Below, piece after piece: positions 26,296 to 35,510 of a DNA stretch of 64,000 nucleotides (its first letter is position 1; each line of letters opens with the position of its first letter). The notes beneath the pieces are model-generated. The model was not told the DNA's origin. It did no database searches and worked only from the letters and a program-made list of their open reading frames with translations. The position numbers were made by a program, and so were the translations under genes. This DNA is from Candidatus Latescibacterota bacterium. GTDB lineage: Bacteria; Latescibacterota; UBA2968; GCA-2709665. Location: NCBI GenBank assembly GCA_965198095.1, contig OZ240239.1, positions 1,785,869 through 1,849,868 on the forward strand. Reading direction: 5' to 3'.

Positions 26296-27648
26296 ATGCA
26301 GGTGGATTGGGATCGCGTGGGTCAGGAGGGTGTGGCCCTCTTGCGGGAGCTGCTGCGGTTCGACACGACGAATCCGCCGGGGAACGAACTGGCTCTGGCG
26401 CGCTATCTGGAGGACCGGCTGAAGGCGGAGGGCTTCGATCCACAGATTCTGGAGTCTGCGCCGAACCGGGCGAATCTGGTGGTCAGGATGAACGGGACCG
26501 GACGAGAACGCCCGATGCTGCTTTTGTCGCATACCGATGTCGTGCCCGCGGAACCGAGCCAGTGGACGCATCCTCCCTTCGCCGGGCACGTCGCGGATGG
26601 ATACGTATGGGGCCGCGGTGCGTTCGATTCCAAGCTGACGGTCGTCGTCGGCATTCAGGTACTTCGACTCTGCAAGCGTCTGGGCCTTCCGCTGGAACGA
26701 GATCTCGTCGTGGTTGCCGCCGGGGATGAAGAGATGAGGGCGACCTGCGGCGTCAGGTGGCTGGCCGAGCACCACGCCGACGTCTTCGACGCGGAGTTCG
26801 GGATCAACGAAGGGGGCGGGTATGCCGTCAAGGTCGACGGACGTCCGATCTATACCTGCCAGGTGGGAGAGAAAGGGAGCGCGCCGGTAGACCTGATCTC
26901 GACGGGGCGGCCCGGACACAGTTCCGTTCCGCACGACAACAACGCGATTGCGCACCTGGGCAAGGTCCTCCGGGCGCTGGGTGAACGGAAGATGCCCCAC
27001 CGGGTGACGAAGAGCGGCGGCGCCTTCATTCAGGGGGCAGCGGCGGCGCAGAGGCATCCGGAAGTGAGGGCGTTGCTGCTGAAGCTGCTGGTCCCTGAAG
27101 AAGCGGAGGCCGCGCTGAGGGCCCTCCCCGTGGATGAACCGACTCGGCTGATGCTGGATGCAACGCTTCGGAATACCTGCGCGCCCACGATGTTGAACGC
27201 CGGATTGAAGCGGAACGTGATTCCGTCGGAGGTCCGGCTGTCACTGAGCGGACGGACGCTCCCGGGGACGGACGAGGCGACATTCATGGAGGAGCTGAGG
27301 GAGATCGTGGGGGACGAGATCGAGGTCGAGATGAAGGGCCCGTTCAGTTCGGGGAACGAGTTCGATCACGAAACCGACCTGTTCGAGGCGATCCGGACCT
27401 CGTTGAAGCGGTTCGATCCGGAGGGGACGGTGGCACCCCATCTGACGACGGGCGGGACCGACGCCAAGTGGCTCGCCCACCTGGACATGCAGATCTATGG
27501 GTTCATTCCGATGCGATGGGAACCCGGTTTTCACTTTTACGAGCTCGCGCACGGCCACGATGAACGGATCTCGACGCAGAACGTCCGGTTCGCGACGCAG
27601 GTCGTGTTCGATACGGTCTGCCGGTTGAACGGATGCGACGTGCGTTAG
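26296..27648 (+). CDS. M20/M25/M40 family metallopeptidase (ArgE/DapE/CPG2-like)
   Basis: LLRFDTTNPPGNE...MLLLSHTDVVPAEPSQWTHPPF...GRGAFDSKL...AAGDEE... Confidence 0.8.
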   Translation: MQVDWDRVGQEGVALLRELLRFDTTNPPGNELALARYLEDRLKAEGFDPQILESAPNRANLVVRMNGTGRERPMLLLSHTDVVPAEPSQWTHPPFAGHVADGYVWGRGAFDSKLTVVVGIQVLRLCKRLGLPLERDLVVVAAGDEEMRATCGVRWLAEHHADVFDAEFGINEGGGYAVKVDGRPIYTCQVGEKGSAPVDLISTGRPGHSSVPHDNNAIAHLGKVLRALGERKMPHRVTKSGGAFIQGAAAAQRHPEVRALLLKLLVPEEAEAALRALPVDEPTRLMLDATLRNTCAPTMLNAGLKRNVIPSEVRLSLSGRTLPGTDEATFMEELREIVGDEIEVEMKGPFSSGNEFDHETDLFEAIRTSLKRFDPEGTVAPHLTTGGTDAKWLAHLDMQIYGFIPMRWEPGFHFYELAHGHDERISTQNVRFATQVVFDTVCRLNGCDVR

Positions 27649-27735
27649 AGCCGCAATGGAAGCAGCGAAGATGACCCGTGGGCACGTTGAACAGGATGAA
27701 TGTTTTTTTAACAGCAAGACGCCGGGAGTTTCGAC

Positions 27736-29031
27736 ATGAGAAGCCGTAACGGAATCCCATTTGGGGTCGGAGCGGTACGAATCTTCTCCGGGCGGGAGAC
27801 GGCGGAAGATCTGCTCGACATCGTGGAGAACAGTTTCCCAAGGATGGAAGCGGAGCTCGCGAGGGTGGGCCTGGACCCGGTCTGTGAGGTGCGCCTGGTG
27901 GGTCAGGTCTTAGACGGTCTCCTTGTCGAAGATGGAGACGGCTACGTTGAGACGCGCGCGCTCGGACGCCTCAAGGAACGGCTTGCAGACCGGCGGCTGA
28001 TTGCAGTGGGCATTTCAGGGACGTCGATGAAGGGGGGAACCGCTCGCGAGGACCTGATCGCGAGGAACGGCGTGTCGTGGGCGGAAGACCGAAAGTTCGA
28101 GACGATGCGCAAGGGGCTGCATCTGCTGCCGCATCTGCACAACGGAACGGTCCCACACCTCTTTGTGCAGTCGCTGGCGGGGATTATGCGGCGCGAGATC
28201 GAGGGACGGGAAGCGGAGTTGAATCCACGGATCGCGAGAAACGTCGCGCGCGTCGCGGCCGAGCTCTTCCGGCTGTCAGAGGCCTCGGGAAAGCAGCTGC
28301 AGCTGGGTCTGGACCCGACCCGGGGTCAGAGCCTGATGTACGCGCACGAAGTCGTGGCGTTTTGGGAGGAGCATCTGTCGGTCGAGGGCAGCGACCTGCT
28401 GATGGAGGAGCTCGGGGTGGGACCCGCAAAGGCGGACGAGATCCTGAGGGCGTCCGTAAAGATCCGGCTGGACGCCGGACACAAGCGAATGAATTTCGCC
28501 GATCCGACCGAGGAGGCCAAGACCTACGCGGATCACGGCATCGGTGTCTGCGGGATCAATTTGGGGAACTCCACCCGGATGGCGCGTCCGTCGGCAGACC
28601 CGAGACTTGAAGACTTTATCTCACACTACGCTGACGGATCGCCGATCCTCGTTCAAGTGCAGGGCAGGCGGGGAGACTGGCGCGGTTTCATCACGGAACA
28701 CCTGACCGACCTTCGCGAACGGCCCGACCTGATCGACGGGCTCGACGAGATGCGCATCCACGCCCATCTGCGGCTGGACCAGGACCGGGACGGGAAGTTC
28801 GGGTTCCCGCATCTGCGGGCCGAGGCGATGGACGACTTCCGGGGACTGTGCGGGTTCTACGGATCGCGAGGCCTTCCGATGCCGCCGTTCTACTCGCACG
28901 TGATCGACTACCGGGATGAGCGCGGCGAGCGTATTCCGACCCGCGAGCGGGATCAGCTTTATGAAGCGGTGCTGAATCAGGCCCTGTATGCGGGGGAACA
29001 GATCAAGGAACGGCCGGTGGTGGCGGGTTGA
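27736..29031 (+). CDS. Hypothetical protein (431 aa), family not recognised
   Basis: Clean ORF with GC-rich third codon positions and a GGGAG SD. No TM segments and no motif I can name. A vague resemblance to xylose-isomerase-like/EboE-type TIM barrels cannot be substantiated by eye. Confidence 0.5.
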   Translation: MRSRNGIPFGVGAVRIFSGRETAEDLLDIVENSFPRMEAELARVGLDPVCEVRLVGQVLDGLLVEDGDGYVETRALGRLKERLADRRLIAVGISGTSMKGGTAREDLIARNGVSWAEDRKFETMRKGLHLLPHLHNGTVPHLFVQSLAGIMRREIEGREAELNPRIARNVARVAAELFRLSEASGKQLQLGLDPTRGQSLMYAHEVVAFWEEHLSVEGSDLLMEELGVGPAKADEILRASVKIRLDAGHKRMNFADPTEEAKTYADHGIGVCGINLGNSTRMARPSADPRLEDFISHYADGSPILVQVQGRRGDWRGFITEHLTDLRERPDLIDGLDEMRIHAHLRLDQDRDGKFGFPHLRAEAMDDFRGLCGFYGSRGLPMPPFYSHVIDYRDERGERIPTRERDQLYEAVLNQALYAGEQIKERPVVAG

Positions 29032-29404
29032 GACAGGGACGTCAGACCCTTGCCACACGCGGCCGGGGGCAGGACAGAAAGCCAGACACGCGCTTCACGA
29101 GGGGTCGTTTACGCGCCCCGGGAATTCATCCCGGAAGGCGTCTGATTTTGCATCAAGGACAGTATATTAGATATAACCTGAATCATTCATAAATTTGTTG
29201 AAAATTTCCATCATTTTATGTGGAACAATCAGTTGTCCAATTTGAGCTGAAAAACTTTGTTTGGGTGCAATAACTGGAAAGCCCAGGATGCACGCAGATT
29301 GTTCAGATTTCACGAGTGATTCCGTCCAGATGCCATCGCGGCCGTGGCGTTCCGGCTCTCTAGCTGCTTCGGCGTTCCTCCTCCCAGGGGTTAGGGCCCT
29401 CTGT

Positions 29405-29494
29405 GGGACGGGGTCAGGGGCGGGGGCGGATGTGGGGGCGAATGGAAATTCGCGGAGTGGGGGGCGGGTCCCGCAGTGGGCATCAGGCGGGGGG
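29405..29494 (+). repeat. Dense G-tract cluster (G-quadruplex-prone on plus strand) inside an 830-bp non-coding island
   Basis: GGGACGGGG, GGGG, GGGGG, GGGGG, GGGGGG, GGG, GGG and GGGGGG all occur within 90 nt. Confidence 0.6.
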
Positions 29495-29860
29495 AGGAGT
29501 TCAGTCTCTTCTCGGCGCCAATCGTTTCCAGTGAGGCTGAGTCGCCACGGCCCGAGCCTCCCCGGCGTTTGAGGGGCCTGCCTGCGCCGCGTTGGGCGCG
29601 GCAGGTAGGCGCCCTTCTTTTGTCACCTTTTCTTGGGCGGGCAATAAAAGGTGAGTAAGAGTGACTTTCCTAACCTTTTTTATGAATTATTTAGGATAAA
29701 TAAAATAAAAACAATATAATTATGAAATCTTTCCTCTGCCGTCTTCGCCATGCCTTCCTGGCGTCCAGCCTCCTGCTCTCCACAGATGGAAGCGGAAAAA
29801 ACGATCGGTTCAGCGCTTCCGCGGCCATCCCGCCTCACGCCCGCCGACGTGCCGACCAGG

Positions 29861-31273
29861 CTACAACCCCATCTCGAGATAGGCCCGGGAGATTCTCTCA
29901 ATGGCCAGCACGAATGCGGCCGTGCGGAGATCCGGCACGTCGTCGCGGGCGCGATAGATGTCTCGGATTTGCTGATAGGCCTCGCGCATGGTGTCGTCCA
30001 GGCCGGAGCGGACCAGATCGATCTCATTGGGCCCCTGGACGAGTTTGGATCGAAAGCGCTCAGGAATCTTTTTTCCGGTCGCGTTTTCGACCGCGTCCAT
30101 CATGTTCTGCCCGCGCATCTCTTCGTGCCTGCGGCCCAACCTGCCGAACCGGATGTGAGAGAGATTTTTGATCCACTCGAAATAGGAGACCGTGACGCCT
30201 CCCGCATTCAGGTATGCATCCGGGATGATGACCTTTCCGTGCCGGCGAAGATAATTGTCCGCCTCATAGGTGACGGGACCGTTCGCGGCTTCAGCGATGA
30301 GGGATGCCTTGATCTTCGGCGCGTTTTCCGGCCTGATCTGGGCCTCGAGGGCGGCTGGGACGAGAATATCGCAATCGGCTTCGAGGAGGGCGTTTCCCGT
30401 CTCGACAGTGTCGGCGCCCGGGAAGTCTTTGACGCCGCCCGTCTCTTCCATGTATTTCGAGACCTCATCCACGGAAAGTCCGCTCTCGCTGAAGATGCCC
30501 CCGTCGCGCTCGATGATGCCGATAATGCGCGCATCATCCTCCTCTGAGAGAAATTTCGCGGCGTGGTAGCCGACGTTTCCCAGGCCCTGAACGACAATTC
30601 GTTTGCCACCGAGGCCGCCCTTCAGGCCCGCGTCGGAGACATCTTCGGGATGTCGAAAGAACTCTTGCAGGGCGTACTGTACACCCCTTCCGGTGGCCTC
30701 GACCCGACCGGCGATCCCTCCCTGGGTGATCGGCTTACCGGTCACGCAGGCGATGGCATTGATATCGCCGGGCTGAAGCATTCGATAGGTGTCGGCGATC
30801 CAGGCCATCTCCCTCGGTCCCGTTCCCATGTCCGGTGCGGGGACGTTGAGGCTGGGGTTGATGTAGGCCTTCTTGACCAGCTCCTGGGCGAACCTTCGCG
30901 TGATGCGTTCAAGCTGAAAGTCATCGAATCGCCAGGGCGCGATCGTGAGCCCCCCCTTCGATCCGCCGAAGGGGACATCCACGATCGCACACTTGTAGGA
31001 CATCAGCGCGGCGAGGGCTTCGACGTCGTCCTGCGTGACCGAGGGGGCGAAACGGACGCCCCCCTTGACAGGCAGGCGGTGCTCGCTGTGGACGGCTCGC
31101 CAGCCCGAGAAGACGTGATAGCTATCCTGAAGCTTGACGAAAAAACGGACCTGGTAGACGTTGTTGGTCGTCTTGATCTGCTCCGCGAGGCCGGGGGGCA
31201 GGTCGAGCGTAGCTGCGGCTCGGTCGAACATCAAGTCGACATTTTCCCGGAAAGAGACCTCCTGTTTCGCCAT
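29861..31273 (-). CDS. gdh: Glutamate dehydrogenase (Glu/Leu/Phe/Val dehydrogenase family)
   Basis: ...HRLPVKGGVRFAPSV...MSYKCAIVDVPFGGSKGG...VPAPDMGTG...VVVQGLGNVGYHAA... Confidence 0.88.
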   Translation of the reverse strand: MAKQEVSFRENVDLMFDRAAATLDLPPGLAEQIKTTNNVYQVRFFVKLQDSYHVFSGWRAVHSEHRLPVKGGVRFAPSVTQDDVEALAALMSYKCAIVDVPFGGSKGGLTIAPWRFDDFQLERITRRFAQELVKKAYINPSLNVPAPDMGTGPREMAWIADTYRMLQPGDINAIACVTGKPITQGGIAGRVEATGRGVQYALQEFFRHPEDVSDAGLKGGLGGKRIVVQGLGNVGYHAAKFLSEEDDARIIGIIERDGGIFSESGLSVDEVSKYMEETGGVKDFPGADTVETGNALLEADCDILVPAALEAQIRPENAPKIKASLIAEAANGPVTYEADNYLRRHGKVIIPDAYLNAGGVTVSYFEWIKNLSHIRFGRLGRRHEEMRGQNMMDAVENATGKKIPERFRSKLVQGPNEIDLVRSGLDDTMREAYQQIRDIYRARDDVPDLRTAAFVLAIERISRAYLEMGL

Positions 31274-31405
31274 CTTACCTCCATCAAAAGTAGCAGATCG
31301 GGCCGTTGTCGGCTTCCACTGGATCTGGACGATTCTCGCGTATCTCTGACGCTTACTTAAGACAAGCGGATTACGTCTTCAAGCGGCGTTTCGTCGACAT
31401 GGCCG

Positions 31406-32305
31406 TCATTTCTCCAGGATTTCTCGGAGAGCGGATGCGATGTCAGGATGCCTGAATACATAGCCCGAAGCCTCGAGGCGCTTCGGCGCCGCCCGCGTGC
31501 TGGCAAGCAGGAGGGCGTCGGCCATTTCCCCGAACGCGAGACGCGCGGCAAAGGCCGGCATGGGGAAAAGCGTGGGCCGGCCGAGGATCCGTCCGAGGGT
31601 CTTCGTAAACTCGCGATTGGTCACCGGGTTTGGTGCGACGGCGTTGATCGGGCCGCTCAGGTCTTTCTTGGAGATCAGGTGCTGAACGATTCCGGGCAGG
31701 TCGTGGATGGAGATCCAGCTGACGTATTGATCGCCGCCGCCGATCACTCCGCCCACGCCCATTCGGAACGGGACGTGCATCCTGGCAAGGGCGCCGCCGT
31801 CGAGGCTGAGGACGACGCCGATTCGCAAGTTGACGGTCCGGATGCCCCTTTTGACGGCGGGCTGAACGGCCGCTTCCCAGGCTTGGCAGGTTTCGCCGAG
31901 GAAGTCCGAAGCGGGCGTACTGTCTTCGGTCATCACCGCATCCCCCCGGTCGCCATAGTAGCCGATGGCGGAGGCCGCAATCAGGGTGCGGGGCGGAGAG
32001 GTCAGACCGGCCAGAGACTCGGCGAGGAGTCGGGTGCCGTTCACCCTGCTGTCTCGGATCCGCGCCTTCTTCCCATCGTTCCATCTGCCTTCCGCGATGT
32101 TCTCGCCCGCCAGATGGATCACGGCGTCCATGGCCTCCAGACCGGAGGTATCGATCTCGCCCGACTCGGGATTCCAGCCGACCTCCGAACCGTCGGATTC
32201 GGGCGCCCGCCGGACGAGGCGCACGACACGGTGCCTCTCGTTTTCGAGCTGCGCGACGATCGCGGAGCCCACCAGGCCGGTGGAACCGGAAATGAGAATG
32301 TTCAT
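31406..32305 (-). CDS. SDR-type epimerase family protein (YfcH/TIGR01777-like, DUF1731 C-terminus)
   Basis: MNILISGSTGLVGSAIV...VIHLAGENIAEGRWNDGKKARIRDSRVNGT...PKRLEASGYVFRHPDIASALREIL. Confidence 0.8.
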   Translation of the reverse strand: MNILISGSTGLVGSAIVAQLENERHRVVRLVRRAPESDGSEVGWNPESGEIDTSGLEAMDAVIHLAGENIAEGRWNDGKKARIRDSRVNGTRLLAESLAGLTSPPRTLIAASAIGYYGDRGDAVMTEDSTPASDFLGETCQAWEAAVQPAVKRGIRTVNLRIGVVLSLDGGALARMHVPFRMGVGGVIGGGDQYVSWISIHDLPGIVQHLISKKDLSGPINAVAPNPVTNREFTKTLGRILGRPTLFPMPAFAARLAFGEMADALLLASTRAAPKRLEASGYVFRHPDIASALREILEK

Positions 32306-32336
32306 GGGAACTCCCTCCGAAGTGTTGCGCTGCGCC

Positions 32337-32750
32337 TCAAAGTCGGTAGAGCATCAGGTAAACTCCCACGCCGCTGACGGAGACGAACATCCAGACGGGC
32401 CAGATCCAGCGGGCCAGCCTCCGGTGGGCGTCGAAACGTTCCCGCAGCGCGTGTCTGACCAGGAGCGGGACAAGCGGGACCATGGCGGCGGCCAGGATCA
32501 CGTGGGGGACCAGGACCGCGAAGTAGAGGGGACGGGTCCAGTCGAAGTGGGGGTAAGGGACCGAACCGACGCGGGCGTGATAGACCAGGTAGCTGGATAG
32601 GAAGAGGGCGGACACCCCGAGGGCTGAAAGCATCAGCCCTCTGTGAGCCTGAACCTTTCGCCGCTTGATCTGAATGAACCCCACGGCGAGCAGGAGGGCG
32701 CTCAACGTGTTCAGGATCGCATTCACCGTGGGGAGGTCTTGGACGTTCAT
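32337..32750 (-). CDS. DUF420 family membrane protein
   Basis: Four TM helices. LPTVNAILNTLSALLLAVGFIQIKRRKVQAHRGLMLSALGVSALFLSSYLVYH...HVILAA... matches my recollection of DUF420. Confidence 0.7.
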   Translation of the reverse strand: MNVQDLPTVNAILNTLSALLLAVGFIQIKRRKVQAHRGLMLSALGVSALFLSSYLVYHARVGSVPYPHFDWTRPLYFAVLVPHVILAAAMVPLVPLLVRHALRERFDAHRRLARWIWPVWMFVSVSGVGVYLMLYRL

Positions 32751-32978
32751 CTGGGCCCGGACGACGCGTTTGGATGAGAATCGCGTTCGCTATAGTACGC
32801 ATCTTTCGGGCCTTTTTCAATCACTTCCGGAGCGCAGGCTGTTGAGCCGTCTTGTTTGGGTTCGGGTCAGTGGTTATATTCATAGGTTTCTTGGGCGGCA
32901 GATTGACACTCGGCGCCGATTGGGTTGAGGTTCTAAATGAGGTCAGAGCGTCGATCGATTGACAGGGAGGATGAGACG

Positions 32979-33185
32979 ATGTCGCAAGGGGCCAACCCGT
33001 GGATGACGCCGAAGGAGGTAGAAAGGGCCTTGGGTCTCAGGAAATTCAAGGATGTCTTCGAAGATCTGATATACAAACGCCGGGAGCGGAGAGAGATTTT
33101 GGATCTTCTGATGGAAGCGACGGGCTGCAACGAGTTCTCCGCGGAGGATTTCCTTCGAGAGATCGTAAAGTCTCCACCGGAATAG
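32979..33185 (+). CDS. Small hypothetical protein (68 aa)
   Basis: MSQGANPWMTPKEVERALGLRKFKDVFEDLIYKRRERREILDLLMEATGCNEFSAEDFLREIV. ATG 32979 follows GGGAGGA. The earlier ATG 32937 is less likely. Confidence 0.45.
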   Translation: MSQGANPWMTPKEVERALGLRKFKDVFEDLIYKRRERREILDLLMEATGCNEFSAEDFLREIVKSPPE

Positions 33186-33291
33186 GTTCGCTTTGGCCCG
33201 GGCGAAGGAGCGCGCCAAAGGAGAAAGATTGTTCGCGATGGCGGTTTGACCCGGGGTCAAACGGGTGCTTGGTACGGGGGTCCACCGCTCA

Positions 33292-33345
33292 CGCCTGCCT
33301 GTGCGCCTGCCTGTGCGCCTGCCTGCGCCGAGTCGCCTGCCTCGT
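33292..33345 (+). repeat. Tandem 12-nt repeat CGCCTGCCTGTG (3 tandem copies plus a fourth after a 6-nt gap) with an inverted partner at 33358..33399
   Basis: CGCCTGCCTGTG at 33292 and 33304, CGCCTGCCTGCG at 33316, CGCCTGCCTCGT at 33334. Downstream, GGCAGGCAGGGCAGACAGG...CGCAGACAGGG is the imperfect reverse complement. Confidence 0.8.
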
Positions 33346-33471
33346 CGGCAGATAGGTGCTCGGCAGGCAGGGCAGACAGGTGTCCGCACGCAGACAGGGA
33401 AAATGGAGCCTGCTCCGGGTGGAATCGAGGGGATGCTGCGCATCCTTTCTGTTTCGCCTCGGCATCCGATT

Positions 33472-33493
33472 CGCCGCGCGATATCGCGCGGCG
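33472..33493. promoter_or_regulatory. Perfect 22-bp palindrome CGCCGCGCGATATCGCGCGGCG in the guaA leader
   Basis: Read directly from the sequence. Lies about 95 nt upstream of the guaA ATG. Confidence 0.6.
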
Positions 33494-33585
33494 ACCCGAA
33501 TCGTTCCGCTACTCGGAGGCCAGGTTGCAGAGAAGAGGTGATGCGACGTTCTGCATCCCGGCTTCGGATTCTTTTGGGTTCTTGC

Positions 33586-35385
33586 ATGCGTAGCGGCATT
33601 GCCGTCCTCGACTTCGGTGGGCAGTACGCCCACCTGATTGCAAATCGTGTGAGAAGACTTCGGGTCTACGCCGAAATCTTTCATCCGGCCGTCGATCCTT
33701 CCGAGCTTCAGGGGGCCTGCGGGCTCATCTTCTCCGGAGGTCCCGCCAGTGTCTACGATTCGGAGCCACCCGACTACAATCCCGATCTTCTCACTTCGGG
33801 ACGGCCTGTCCTGGGCCTGTGCTACGGTCACCAGTTGATCTGTCAGCAGCTTGGCGGAACGGTTTCCCCGGGTGAGATCCGGGAATACGGCTCAGCGGAG
33901 CTTCAGATCCGGCCGGGGTCGGCGTTGTTGGATGGCCTGGGTGAATCTCAGGTGGTCTGGATGAGTCACGGAGACGTGGTGGATCGCCTACCCGAAGGGT
34001 TTCGCGTTCTGGGCGAGACCGTTGCCTGCGCAACCGCGGCGGTCGGCGATCCGGATCGCCACATCTACGGCCTGCAGTTTCATCCCGAGGTGACGCATAC
34101 CCCGCGGGGCGTGGAGATCCTGGACAATTTTCTCGGGATTTGCGAGGCCCCTCGCACGTGGACGATGGCGAACTATGCCGAGACCGCGGTCCGCGAGATT
34201 CGAGAGAAAGCGGGCAGCCGGAATGTCTTTCTGCTCGTTTCGGGCGGCGTGGACTCGACCGTATCGTTCCTCCTCCTCAACCGCGCGCTCGGGCCGGACC
34301 GCATTCTGGGGCTTCACATCGACAACGGCTTCATGCGGAAAGGGGAGACGGCGGACGTCGGGGCATTCTTGACTCGCGAGGGATTCGAAAATCTCGTGAT
34401 CGAAGACGCGGTGGATGAGTTTCTGTTGAACGTGGAAGGGCTGGTGGACCCCGAGGAAAAGCGGCTGGCCATTGGCCGAACGTTCCTGGAGGTCAAAGAT
34501 CGGGTTCTGTCACGCATGGACCTCGACCCCGATCAATGGATTCTGGGACAGGGAACGCTTTATCCCGATACGATCGAGTCGGGCGGGACGGATCACGCGG
34601 CGAGGATCAAGACGCACCACAACCGAATCGATCTGATCGATGAACTGATCGCGACGGGGCGTGTGATCGAGCCCCTTGCCCAGCTCTACAAAGATGAGGT
34701 GCGCGAGCTGGGGCTCCAGCTCGGACTGCCTCACGCGCTCGTCTGGCGACATCCGTTCCCGGGCCCGGGGCTCGCGGTGCGCTGCCTCTGCTCGGCCGGC
34801 GACCCTCCCCGTGAGGATCTCTCCGAGGCGGAGGCGGTGGCCAAAGCGATGGCGGCGGAGTCGGGGCTGGACCTGAAAATTCTGCCGATCCGCAGCGTCG
34901 GCGTACAGGGAGACTTTCGGACCTATGCCCATCCGGCGGCCCTTTGGGGCGAGGCGGACTGGAAGACGCTGGAGGCGGTGTCCACCCGGATCACGAACCG
35001 TGTCCGGGCCATCAACCGCCTGATCTATCTGCTGTCGCCCGCGGAGCTGCCGAATCTGAGGGCGAAGCGCGCGCTGCTCACACGGCGGCGGCTGGACCTG
35101 CTGCGAGAGGTCGACGCGGTCTCAATGAAGGCGCTCGAGACGTGGGGCCAGGTGCGGGAGGTCTCGCAGATGCCCACCGTGCTCCTGCCGCTCACGTCTG
35201 ACGGTGTGCGGGAATCGATTGTGCTGAGGCCCGTCCAGACGCCCGATTTCATGACGGCGCGATTCTCCGAGCTTTCGATCGATCTGCTGGTCGGACTGGC
35301 CGAGGCCATCCTGGCGCGTGACGAGGTGGAGGCGGTGTTTTACGACGTGACCCACAAGCCGCCCGGCACGGTCGAATGGGAGTAG
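33586..35385 (+). CDS. guaA: GMP synthase (glutamine-hydrolysing), long 599-aa form
   Basis: GIAVLDFGGQYAHLIANRVR...GLCYGHQL (GATase), LLVSGGVDSTV (PP-loop), RHPFPGPGLAVR, C-terminal KPPGTVEWE. ATG 33586. The ORF-track extension from 33265 runs through the repeat region and is rejected. Confidence 0.9.
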   Translation: MRSGIAVLDFGGQYAHLIANRVRRLRVYAEIFHPAVDPSELQGACGLIFSGGPASVYDSEPPDYNPDLLTSGRPVLGLCYGHQLICQQLGGTVSPGEIREYGSAELQIRPGSALLDGLGESQVVWMSHGDVVDRLPEGFRVLGETVACATAAVGDPDRHIYGLQFHPEVTHTPRGVEILDNFLGICEAPRTWTMANYAETAVREIREKAGSRNVFLLVSGGVDSTVSFLLLNRALGPDRILGLHIDNGFMRKGETADVGAFLTREGFENLVIEDAVDEFLLNVEGLVDPEEKRLAIGRTFLEVKDRVLSRMDLDPDQWILGQGTLYPDTIESGGTDHAARIKTHHNRIDLIDELIATGRVIEPLAQLYKDEVRELGLQLGLPHALVWRHPFPGPGLAVRCLCSAGDPPREDLSEAEAVAKAMAAESGLDLKILPIRSVGVQGDFRTYAHPAALWGEADWKTLEAVSTRITNRVRAINRLIYLLSPAELPNLRAKRALLTRRRLDLLREVDAVSMKALETWGQVREVSQMPTVLLPLTSDGVRESIVLRPVQTPDFMTARFSELSIDLLVGLAEAILARDEVEAVFYDVTHKPPGTVEWE

Positions 35386-35510
35386 GGGGCCGGCATATCT
35401 CGGCGCTATGGATGGGCGGGGCACGGCTTCGGGTGATATGCTCCGGAGGGTCGCAGGGGTATCGGAATCAGATGACAAGCGTGCTGCCGTGATCTCCGGG
35501 GCCCACTTCC

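Noticed and set aside
29261-29572. 103-aa ORF inside the non-coding island.
   Set aside because: Gly/Ser/Arg-rich translation of the G-tract region, with no SD and no coding periodicity apparent.
29434-29620. tmRNA-like 5' end (GGGGGCGAAUGGAAAUUCG).
   Set aside because: There is no matching 3' acceptor strand with a T-arm (GGUUCGAnUCC) or a CCA-proximal complement. No tag-peptide reading frame ends in hydrophobic residues plus a stop. The segment is also too short.
29655-29680. RNase P-like GGAAAGUC motif on the minus strand.
   Set aside because: It continues as GGAAAGUCACUC rather than GGAAAGUCCGGGC. No other conserved RNase P regions (P4 or CR-IV/V-like sequences) are nearby.
33292-33345. 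CRISPR array.
   Set aside because: The repeat unit is only 12 nt with no spacers, and no cas genes are in the window. It is a simple tandem repeat.
33265-33585. N-terminal extension of guaA from the ORF track (706-aa version).
   Set aside because: The extension translates the 12-nt tandem repeat (LPVRLPVRLP...) and palindromes. The conserved GATase domain begins right after ATG 33586.
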